A stretch of DNA of 61,643 bases, the filler included, from Hyphochytrium catenoides (Eukaryota > Protista > Hyphochytriomycota), in assembly GCA_900088475.1 (NCBI GenBank). It is 12 parts of 12 records of this genome, joined end to end, with 100 filler letters (N's around TTAATTAATTAA, not from the genome) between each part and the next. Parts side by side here need not be neighbours in the genome. Positions count along the whole stretch, not along the records: positions 1 to 16,750 come from FLMG01000310.1; positions 16,851 to 18,346 come from FLMG01002210.1; positions 18,447 to 23,786 come from FLMG01004257.1; 9 more parts are not named here. The stretch is one strand, 5' to 3'. Positions 13,199-21,920 of this stretch are shown one piece after another; within the stretch, counting starts at the first letter, position 1; each line of letters opens with the position of its first letter. Made by a program: the position numbers and the translations under genes. A model generated the notes under the pieces. The model was not told where the DNA came from. It saw only the letters and a list, made by a program, of their open reading frames with translations, and did no database searches.

Positions 13199-15910
13199 TT
13201 ACAAAGTAAGGAGGGAGATTGACTGATCCCTAGACGGCTCCGCCTCGATTGTATCCTCTTCTTCTGCGGCACCGATCAAAGAGCTAGTAGAGTCCAGGGT
13301 TGTGTCTTCTGCTGCCTTATCAACAGACTTAAAACCAGGATATAGCGCAGGGTCGGTCGTGGGAGCAGGAGTCAAAGCAGTTGTTGTCCCAGAGCAATAG
13401 CAGAACCCCTTAATATCATGCAGTCGAGCCAAGATTTCCGTGTTGCTCTTCAGTGCAGTGCTATCATCTGTGCTGTCACTGCTCCTATTAGCATTCTTTA
13501 CTTTCTTTTGGCACACCTCCCAATCAGGTCCGTATGTAGTGTCTTGTGATACCTCTGCTAGGGTGAAGGAGTCATTCCCTGCTCCATAGCTGTGGAAGAC
13601 AGCTTGATACTGCTTCTCGAGGTGACTCTGCCAAAAAGTCAACGTAGCGACGCTAGTTTTGGCTCCTTGACTCTTGGCTGGTTGCAGACACCGTGTCACG
13701 GAGAAGTCGCTTGCGTAGAAAAGGCTGCATGGCTTCTGTAAGCCAACTGCTGAGAATGCTTCGTCAATCTGGTCGTTAAGAGAATCAACCAAAGATACTA
13801 CCAAGCTTGTAGTGTTGAGGCCCTCACAAGTAGTCTCCATACCGCAGGGACAATAGCCAGGACGAACGTGTGCCTCCTCACAAGACCTATTATACGCAAC
13901 GGGCACCAATAGCGATCGCCCGTGCTTCTCTGCTGGTGTCGGACTTTCACTTGAGCTCACATACTCCTTACCAAAGCCCAAATGCAACAGAGTACTGTGA
14001 AGATCATACTGAGTAGTCAGTGCCATTTGATTATGGACCAGAGCAGCATGAAAATCAGGATTCTCCTCAGTCAAAGCGCGAGGCAAGATGGTGAAGACAA
14101 AAGGGTTCTTGTGATGTAGGAACCCCCTAGCATCCGTGAACTCGTCACCATAGTGAATGCCATGGTCTGACGATACAATAACAGCGGTGTTGTATGGGAA
14201 AAGCGCATTAGACTTTCGAACGTCCAAGATCTCGTGAAGCATCTGGAGGATGTATTTGTCCATAGAGAGGAGGTTTTGGGTTGGCTCATGAGCGTCACTG
14301 AGTACAGAAAAGGTGAACTTCTTCCTTCCTACATGCGTGCGGAAGAAGCTCTTCATGTACTCTAAAGCGTGCCGGTAAGGCGGATACTGGGCATGACACA
14401 TGTCGTTATTTCCCATGTAGACTGGGACTGTCTTGGTCTCTCTTGTACCATTTCTCTCTCGCTCGTACACCTTGGTCCGTCCATACTTCGTCGGAATGAT
14501 ATCCTGAAACTTACACCCAGGCCAGTGCCACGACTTGATACTGAAGAAGTCTTGAGGTATAGCCCAGTACGCTGGGCTCTGGTTGTGAGTGTAGCCATAG
14601 TTAGTGTTTGCTCCTGCGTAGTATGAGCTCCATGACTCTGGGTCAGGATAGCCACCAGCCACATCATCGACGTAGAGAGTGTCAAAGCCCAGAGCTTCAA
14701 AAACATCAAACACCCAGGTTCCGTTCTGCGCCCTTATCTTGTCCCACTGTCTTTGCTCAAACAACTCTCCATCAAGACCAGAGAAAAGAGTGCCATAGTT
14801 AGGAACTGAGTTCTGACCTGAGACCGTGTGCCTGTGGAACTCATAAGATGCGAAGTCCTTGCCAATGGCGGAGCGAGTGATGTTCTCTTGGTCTGCAGCC
14901 AAAGATCTCAAGAAGCTCAACGTCTCTGGAAATTGGGAGGCGAAATGGGACCGAGAGACAGCGTCAATATAGATGAGTATGACGTTGTCAACCAGCGGCT
15001 CTCCCTCCAGATCTTTGAAGAGCTTCGTCGGCTTCCGCTTTTGCTTCTCAAGCTTTGTTAATGGGTATGGCGGTCGAAGCACTCCATTTTGCTCGCCACC
15101 GCACTCAAAGTACATATAGTCATCGAGAAAGTCAACCACTTCTCCCTTCGCACCCTGGCGCCAATTATTGTCATTTCGGCCTCGATAGAAAAATGGGCCA
15201 TCACAGTCTACGTAGACTAAAGAGCCATCGTACGAGACCTCCGTGAAGATGTTGTCAGAATCCTCGACAGTAACCTGATCGTAGTAACCATGGATGAATT
15301 CAGTAGCAATTTCCGTGAAGTCCGGCAAAGAACATATCTCCTGCGCGACAGCCTCCTTAGTGCTGTGGGTGATGGACAGTCCTGCTTTCGCCGCAGTTAG
15401 AACTTCCTCATCTAAATGCTGTAGATTGTGGCTCTTCACCAACTGGAGAATCTCTTCATCCAGCTGAGCAGATGGTGCTTGCGGCTCTTCTGGTGCTTGC
15501 GTTTGGGTCGTAGATGCTGGGGTTGCGGTAGCATCAACCATCCTTTCCTCTTCTGGCACTGAAGAACTGCGAATGCTAGGGGTTTCAGGTGACTCCGTGA
15601 GCTCAATTCTCTCTTGCAAGGACTTGAGTTCCAGATGATGTGCTTGCTGCCTAGTGTCATTTTCCACCACTTGCGACCTTGGTGAACGGCGCAGAACATT
15701 GTCATTTTGTACAAGAACTAGTCCCTTCCGTACAGCACCGCTCACGTCTTCACTTGGTGGTGAGTGTAACATGCTGCTTACCAAACCCTCATAATAGCCA
15801 GTGGCGGAGAGGTAGAACCTCTCCTGCAACAACACAAGGCAGCACGCCCCCACCAAGATGCACAACCCATAGCGCACATAGTTCTTCTTGAAGGCTGGCA
15901 AGGATGGCAT
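13199..15910 (-). CDS. DUF229-like alkaline phosphatase/sulfatase-superfamily type II membrane protein; intronless, 903 aa
   Basis: N-terminal TM anchor and stem, then NVILIYIDAVSRSHF, GQNSVPN, NTAVIVSSDHG, LTTQYDLHSTL, GRSLL..V..NRSCEEAHV..YCPC. Confidence 0.8.
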   Translation of the reverse strand: MPSLPAFKKNYVRYGLCILVGACCLVLLQERFYLSATGYYEGLVSSMLHSPPSEDVSGAVRKGLVLVQNDNVLRRSPRSQVVENDTRQQAHHLELKSLQERIELTESPETPSIRSSSVPEEERMVDATATPASTTQTQAPEEPQAPSAQLDEEILQLVKSHNLQHLDEEVLTAAKAGLSITHSTKEAVAQEICSLPDFTEIATEFIHGYYDQVTVEDSDNIFTEVSYDGSLVYVDCDGPFFYRGRNDNNWRQGAKGEVVDFLDDYMYFECGGEQNGVLRPPYPLTKLEKQKRKPTKLFKDLEGEPLVDNVILIYIDAVSRSHFASQFPETLSFLRSLAADQENITRSAIGKDFASYEFHRHTVSGQNSVPNYGTLFSGLDGELFEQRQWDKIRAQNGTWVFDVFEALGFDTLYVDDVAGGYPDPESWSSYYAGANTNYGYTHNQSPAYWAIPQDFFSIKSWHWPGCKFQDIIPTKYGRTKVYERERNGTRETKTVPVYMGNNDMCHAQYPPYRHALEYMKSFFRTHVGRKKFTFSVLSDAHEPTQNLLSMDKYILQMLHEILDVRKSNALFPYNTAVIVSSDHGIHYGDEFTDARGFLHHKNPFVFTILPRALTEENPDFHAALVHNQMALTTQYDLHSTLLHLGFGKEYVSSSESPTPAEKHGRSLLVPVAYNRSCEEAHVRPGYCPCGMETTCEGLNTTSLVVSLVDSLNDQIDEAFSAVGLQKPCSLFYASDFSVTRCLQPAKSQGAKTSVATLTFWQSHLEKQYQAVFHSYGAGNDSFTLAEVSQDTTYGPDWEVCQKKVKNANRSSDSTDDSTALKSNTEILARLHDIKGFCYCSGTTTALTPAPTTDPALYPGFKSVDKAAEDTTLDSTSSLIGAAEEEDTIEAEPSRDQSISLLTL

Positions 15911-16750
15911 GCTGACAATAGTAACCAGTTATCCTTCTGGCCGCTCTTAATCTTGACTGCCCTCACATGGTGCAAGCAACAAAATGCCGCGTTATAGATC
16001 TCGCGGCCGCACCCGATCAACCATCCGCAAGTATCTTCGTCCAGCAGTAGCGGTTCATAGCTGGTAGAATCCTTGGCGACAGTGCAAGCTTTCTCAAACT
16101 GAGGATCTTCGAAGTCAGGGGACATAGGGCAGCAGCAGACAGCTGTGCAGCTTTCGTGAAGCTGACGGTACATTGTACTTTTGTTGATCGTACTCTATGT
16201 GAGACGAGGAGGGAAGCTGCTGCGTGGTTTGGACATAGACATAAACACAGACGGAGTGCTGGCGACTCTCCTAACAGCAGGAAAGTTCACAATCTCTGCA
16301 TGCAAGGTGGTTGGCCTGCTGCACTTCTTTTGGCTCTCAGGCCATCAATTCTGACCTAAATCTCTTATCAATAGATTCACGAAGGAGCGTTTCTTTCAGC
16401 TCCCTTATAGATAGCGTATTGCTGATGGGTAAGAAAGATTCCAGCTATGAAGCTATCGGCTTTGGAAAGATTCATTACGAGCCTACGTCTAGCCAGTTCT
16501 TAGGTCTGATGAGGCGGCTTGTACCTGTAAATAACAGATATTCAGACAGGAAGAGATGTCATCCTTCTGCCTCTTACCCCTCTGTAGCCCCCCCTCGCCC
16601 CTAGTTCTACCAGGTGGGACCGCGTAGAATGGGCACAAACAGCCTGTACATGTACGACGGTGATCCTCAAGGATAAAAGCCCCGTCCTGCGGTGATGCTG
16701 CAGCTTCTCGAGATCTCCGTAACTGCGCTGCTCGTGACGATCTGCTCGCT

Positions 16751-16850
16751 NNNNNNNNNNNNNNNNNNNNNNNNNNNNNNNNNNNNNNNNNNNNTTAATT
16801 AATTAANNNNNNNNNNNNNNNNNNNNNNNNNNNNNNNNNNNNNNNNNNNN
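16751..16850. other. Artificial contig linker (N44-TTAATTAATTAA-N44). Ten more lie at 18347-18446, 23787-23886, 25953-26052, 27445-27544, 45071-45170, 46452-46551, 54189-54288, 55680-55779, 57436-57535 and 59361-59460
   Basis: The same 100-nt spacer with stops in all six frames occurs 11 times. Confidence 0.98.
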
Positions 16851-16851
16851 G

Positions 16852-17017
16852 TAGACCACTTAACCTAAATAAGAGTGTCTTCAAATCCCATACATTATAA
16901 CAAATTCACAGATAATCATCATCAAGTCCCTTTGGTATATGTTCATCTAGACAGGGCTTCAGACATCATCAACATAGACCACGTAACCTAAATAAGAGTG
17001 TCTTCAAATCCCATACA
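16852..17017. repeat. 43-bp direct repeat (16852-16894, 16975-17017; 1 mismatch) followed by a GC hairpin gcccgaagggc
   Basis: tagaccac(t/g)taacctaaataagagtgtcttcaaatcccataca occurs twice with a period of 123 bp. Confidence 0.85.
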
Positions 17018-17673
17018 CTCTTGCGAGCCCGAAGGGCGAGTCTCAATTTCTACCCACAGGGGCTTCAGCACAAATGGACTTTTTCTGTTTTGTGTGTCTG
17101 TCTGTGTGTGTGTGTTTGTGATCAAAATTTCACTATTTGCTTTTTTACTAACCACTGTTTGGGCTTTTATTTTTGGTTTGGGTCTTTGTTTGTATATTTG
17201 GGAGATCAAAGCAGAAGCGAAAGGTGTTTTATGTACATAAATCGAATTTGTAACGCGAGACGTATCACTAAAAACCGAGACACATCGCCTCAATCCAGGC
17301 AGATTTAAGCTGTACCCACATTGTACCTGAGACGCATCACCTACTATCCTATCTTTTTAGCGGTAGTAGCTGAGGATGGAGGTGACATGTCACGCAACTC
17401 CTGCAGCAGTCAAGAGTCGAGAAAGTTTCGCCATTCCCTCACTCACTCACTCACTCACTCACTACTCTGCTGTAGGGAGCGTGGGTGAACGAGTAGGGAT
17501 ATCCTTTATTAGAGAGGGTGCCTATCTAGGAAATATCGATACAAGTACAGTAGAAGAAATGAAGAGCTCCTGGTGTTACCTGTACGAACTAATTGAATCC
17601 GTGATCCAAGCATCTTCCCACTAATAATGCAGCCTAAAGCTATTGATAGCATATATTGCCCGAGTTTAAATCG

Positions 17674-17689
17674 CTCGGAGCGTACACCA
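17674..17689 (-). promoter_or_regulatory. Putative primer-binding site TGGTGTACGCTCCGAG directly after an LTR end
   Basis: The minus strand reads ...TCTAACA|TGGTGTACGCTCCGAG, the classic CA-TGG LTR/PBS junction. The plus strand reads like a tRNA 3' end (ccgag-tttaaat-cg-ctcgg-agcgtac-a-cca). Confidence 0.7.
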
Positions 17690-17948
17690 TGTTAGATTTT
17701 ATCATTTGGTGGTGAGCACCTTGAATTAATATTGGGGGGTGTCTGGATATACCGGAGAAAAGTTTTGTACGCTTCGGGATTCGAACCCAGGACCTCTGTC
17801 TTTGATGCCGACACCCTAACCAGTATGCACCATACACCAAACGTACTCTCTACTAATCTCCGTTCTTGTTTATATGCCAGGGATTTTTCCCCTCTGCGTC
17901 GTCAGCTGTACAATTTTTGGTTTCAGCGTCGATCACAGTTGTTCAACA
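17690..17948 (-). mobile_element. Putative 5' LTR (259 bp, TGTTGAAC...TCTAACA) inserted in a Copia pol fragment
   Basis: It has TGTT/AACA termini, a PBS on one side and an abrupt junction with Copia coding sequence at 17949 on the other. A TATAAA lies at 17874-17869. The partner LTR and TSD are not visible. Confidence 0.65.
17766..17846 (-). ncRNA. tRNA-like Pol III unit (81 nt; possibly derived from tRNA-Pro AGG; aberrant anticodon arm)
   Basis: The acceptor stem GTACGTT/AGCGTAC pairs 7/7 (one G-U) and is followed by discriminator A. The D arm is GTGT/GCAT with an A-box-like TGGTGTATGG, there is a TTAGGGT loop, and the T arm is AGGTC-CTGGG-TTCGAAT-CCCGA (B box). TTTT follows 4 nt downstream. 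Confidence 0.7.
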
Positions 17949-18077
17949 GACTAGCCGTACAGGCTTCGGGTATAGCTCTTGATAGAGCTTGTCAGCAGCC
18001 GTGCCTCTGTGAGACCTGCATCCTAGCCAAGCTAACACGTAAGGCTTACCACGCTCAGCCTCGCAAGACAACAAGAC
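17949..18077 (+). mobile_element. Copia GAG-pre-integrase/zinc-finger fragment, same family as the host element in contig 3
   Basis: LAVQASGIALDRACQQPCLCETCILAKLTRKAYHAQPRKTTR closely matches LALQASGIALERASQQLCLCETCILAKLTRKPYHAQSRKTTK at ~23580-23706 (minus). Confidence 0.85.
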
Positions 18078-18346
18078 TGTTGAGTGCTACTATGTTCGTT
18101 GTCAGTAGTACAGTAATCACTCTCTATACACACATAGCTCTCAGGGACATAGACGTTACGGGTACACCTGTGTTATGTGAAAGAGGGATGTGAGAAGAAC
18201 TTGCAGAAGAACACAGGAGCAGCACAGGAGAGAGAAATGATGAGGGAAGCTGGGCCGAGCAAAAGATCTCGAGTCCAGACCAGGCTCCCAGCACTCAGCG
18301 ATCATTCATAGAAATCTCCATCACACATCAATACCAAGTCCCTTTG
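18078..18346. mobile_element. Probable start of another LTR (TGTTGAG...) interrupting the Copia fragment; truncated by the contig end
   Basis: Copia homology stops at a TGTTG motif and non-coding sequence follows. Confidence 0.45.
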
Positions 18347-19065
18347 NNNNNNNNNNNNNNNNNNNNNNNNNNNNNNNNNNNNNNNNNNNNTTAATTAATT
18401 AANNNNNNNNNNNNNNNNNNNNNNNNNNNNNNNNNNNNNNNNNNNNACGACGCTCTGAGAGATTGTTTCTTTGACTTCCATGCAAAAGCACCGCCGTTGA
18501 GGCTCAATAAATAGCCTGTGATAGACTTGCGGTCAGCTGGGTCACTAGCCCAATCAGCATCAGCCTGGGCAGAGACTTGAATAGGGGTATCTCCCCCTAG
18601 ACACAAGGAGTAGTCTTGGGTGGCCTTCAGGTAGATGAAGCTACGTTTGACAGCTTCCCAGTGAACGTGGCGGAAGGTAGTGACGTGTTGGCTCACAGCT
18701 TGTCCCGCATAAGCTATATCAGGCGGCGTGCACACCATGACGAACAGCAAGGAACCCACTGCTTGACGGTAAGGGGTGCGAGCCAACCGGTCAGCGCCAT
18801 CATCAGAAAGAGGAATGGTAGAAGCTTTGGGCAAGTACGTCTCAGGCACCGCTGGGATAGGAGTGGGGTAGGCATCAAGTAGGTTGAAGCGCTCCAAGAT
18901 CTCGGTAATATACTTCGACTGTCGAAGGTATATCTTCCTAGCAGCTCGATCCCGGTTTACTTGGATGCCCAAGTAGTACTCTAACTCCCCCAGATCGGTG
19001 ATGGAGAAACGAGCAGACAGCATAGTCTTGAGACCTGCAATTTGCTCGGTGGTGGGAGCAAAGAG

Positions 19066-19387
19066 TGTTGGATTTGTATGGGATGATTGGACAATGTCCT
19101 TCATTACATGAGAGTGCTCTACCTATAAGCCCAACTGGGGTCCCATAATCTAGAGCTATTCTGACTACGCCAACTATTCCTAATAAACCCTAAGATATGG
19201 AGTTATAGAGATATCCCTGTCTAGAATAGTCAGTCCTGGAGGTATCCTGGGGTACTGACCCATAGATATAAACAGGGACATTTCGTTTGCTTTATATCTC
19301 GGCTTCTACTGGGAGTTTAGAGCTGAAACTTGGGTAGTTAAGCTTGCCAGCTTGTAGTCCACATAGCTGTGCCCTCAGACTCCAACA
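19066..19387 (-). mobile_element. Solo LTR (322 bp) with 5-bp TSD AAGAG
   Basis: The ends are TGTTGG...CCAACA, with aagag at 19061-19065 and 19388-19392. It aligns with the LTR at 21921-22238. Confidence 0.95.
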
Positions 19388-19770
19388 AAGAGGAGCATGT
19401 CATCAACGAAGACGCCGACGATCTCAAGGTCCTCAGGTCTCGAAGAGTGGCGCTTGACGTATACCCCATAGTCACAAACGCTGCGCTGGAACCCTTGCTC
19501 AATCAGATAGTGGTGCAGCGTGTCATTCCACATACTGGGGCTCTGGCGGAGACCATATATCGACTTCTTCGACCTCCAGACGTGATCTTCTTGTCCAGGG
19601 GTTGCAAATCCCGGTGGTTGACGCATGTACACCTGCTCGTCGAGATTACCGTTCAGGAAGGCGGTCTTGATCTCGACGTGATGCACTTCTAGGTCCAGCG
19701 TGGCGGCGAGCGAGAGAAGGCAGCGGACAGTGTCATGCCCTATCACTCGAGCAAAGACCTCGCTAAAGTC

Positions 19771-20013
19771 TGTTGAATGTTCAGCTTCGACCCTTCACCT
19801 TAGGGAGTTCGAGCTGCGGGGAGGTGTTGGAGTCTGAGGGCACAGCTATGTGGACTACAAGCTGGCAAGCTTAACTACCCAAGTTTCAGCTCTAAACTCC
19901 CACTAGAAGCCGAGATATGAAGCAAACGAATCACATAGCTGTGCCCTCAGACTCCAACACCTCCCCGCAGCTCGAACTCCCTAAGGTGACGGGTCGAAGC
20001 TGAACATTCAACA
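19771..20013. repeat. 82-bp inverted repeat (19771-19852 / 19932-20013; 1 mismatch) with a 79-bp spacer
   Basis: Direct comparison of the arms. Each arm contains 3' UTR, PPT and the first 28 nt of the LTR. Confidence 0.95.
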
Positions 20014-20036
20014 TTTCCTCGCATGCTGTAGACCCG

Positions 20037-21360
20037 CTAGAAAGAGATTACTTGGTTCTTAGGTTTCCATTGCACACTTTTCTCGATGTACGATAAACAG
20101 CGAGGTTGGCGAGATGTTGTTTCCTTTGCCTCTTTGATTAACGCGTCGAGATCTCCAGAAAATTCCACATTCTCTGATTGCTTCAGCGCTAGGTAGAAAG
20201 AGTCGAGAATATTGTTTTTAGCGTCAAGCTTTTCTTGATTCAAAGCCTGCGTATTGCTTGATTGTCCTTCGTTTGGATCCTTGGGACTTTGTTGTTGGTT
20301 GATTCCTGTCCGTGCTTCTTCTTCGGAAAGAGATAGTTTAGTTGGTTGTTGAGATGTTTCCTTAGTGATGAGCTGGTTGTGTTCTTCAGTTCTTCTCAGT
20401 AGTTCCTTGACTGCTTCACGATAAGAAGTCTTCTTCTTTGATGAAGATAAATCAATAATTTTCTTCAAAGCTTTTGACAGATTCCTTTTAGAGCGTGATT
20501 TCCAGAAAGACGGTCTGTGATGAGCGCTCTGCTCGAGTTCCCAGCATTTCTCCGAAGGATGGCTGCGACTTCCGCAAAATGGGCACTCTGGCCATTGGTC
20601 GCGGACTTTAATGTTTGATGATGATGATGATGACCCTGGATGAGCCTTGTTCTTGGTCTCGTGATGACGGTGATGATGAGGTTCCCTGATCCTTTGTTGA
20701 TGTAGAGTGTATGCTGCAAAGCCTTCTTCTTCTTCATCACTCTTGTTGGTAGTGCGCATAGCACGTCTTCGGTGTTGTTCTCCGATAAGAATATCATCTA
20801 TGGCACTTGCACATAGTTCCCCGTTCCACGCACTAGGATGGCTTGAGCAATGCCTTCATATGAGGGTGGAAGGGCCATAAGTACAGCGGCTTTGTAGAGG
20901 TTGTCGTAGAAATCTTTCTTCTCCATCATTTCTCGAAGTAACTCAAGCTTTCTTCTCTGCTCGCAAAGGAAGAGGCTAATATCTTGTTCTTCATCTGCCT
21001 TTGCCGATAAGAAGGAGGTAGAATAGTCACAATGTGGTTTGCGCTTCTGCTCTCAAAAGATTCTACCAATTTGAGCCAAGCTTCTCTCGCAGTTCCTCTA
21101 CGAGGTAGAAGTGGAATAATGTTATCAGCCACTGCCAAAACAATCTTGTTGAACGTCCTTTTGTCATTCTTTAGCCAAGAAGACTGCATCGTAGCCGTAG
21201 ACATGGACTTGTCCTTTGAGAAGATATCAGGGAATCCTTGGCTCCCGTCAACATGATGAAGGAGGTTCAGTTCATCGAGATAAGCCTCCATCTTCAATCG
21301 CCAAACAGGGTAGTCCTCCATCCCTTGTACCTTTGATATCGTTACCACGAAAGAGCTCAT
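20037..21360 (-). pseudogene. Copia gag with two frameshifts
   Basis: YPVWRLKMEAYL, TAREAWLKL, VLMALPPSYE and the zinc knuckle CPFCGSRSHPSEKC are spread over shifted reading frames. Confidence 0.85.
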
Positions 21361-21907
21361 GATGTTGATGATTCTGGCGCTTGAAATAGGTCTTGATAAT
21401 GAGAATGAATAGAGAAATGGACAATATGAGACTTTATGTCCGTAGGATTTGGTGCTCTTCTTGCCTTGATAAAATGGACAATATCTCCAAGACGAAGCGG
21501 TTTCAGAAGATAATGATGGCACCAATGAACTCAGCGATGCCGATTTACCCCCTGTCACTCTTTAAAAAGTGCTCGTATGGTTGAAATTTTCGTTGAAGGG
21601 GTTGAAATTGATAACGAAATTTTGGATGAAATTTCCCAATGTTCCCAATGTTTCCCTGAAGCTTTCGCTGAAATATTCCGGAAAGTTTCAATGGAACAGG
21701 ATTGCCGTTAGCGGCTATATCCCCATACCGGTAGCCGGTACTCTCTTGTTACTTTGGAAGCCGGCGAGACCGGGTAGCCGCTATTGCCCAGTGAAGCTCG
21801 TTGGCTGCCCCAGGGGGCCGACTTGATCTTGGTCTCGGTCGGGATCGCGATGGTCCAGTGGTTGGCTCAGAGGCCTCAGAACAAGTTTCCGAGTCCTGGG
21901 GGACGCG

Positions 21908-21920
21908 TGGGCCCATAACC
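21908..21920 (-). promoter_or_regulatory. PBS GGTTATGGGCCCA complementary to the anticodon arm of initiator tRNA-Met (half-tRNA priming)
   Basis: It directly abuts the LTR end (...TTCAACA|GGTTATGGGCCCA). This is the PBS type known from Drosophila copia. Confidence 0.9.

Noticed and set aside
16852-17017. 43-bp repeat as a CRISPR array
   Set aside because: There are only two copies with an 80-bp spacer, no cas genes, and the context is eukaryotic.
17766-17846. Functional translator tRNA-Pro gene
   Set aside because: The anticodon stem does not close canonically, there is ~12 nt of extra sequence and the D loop is short, so it is kept only as tRNA-like.
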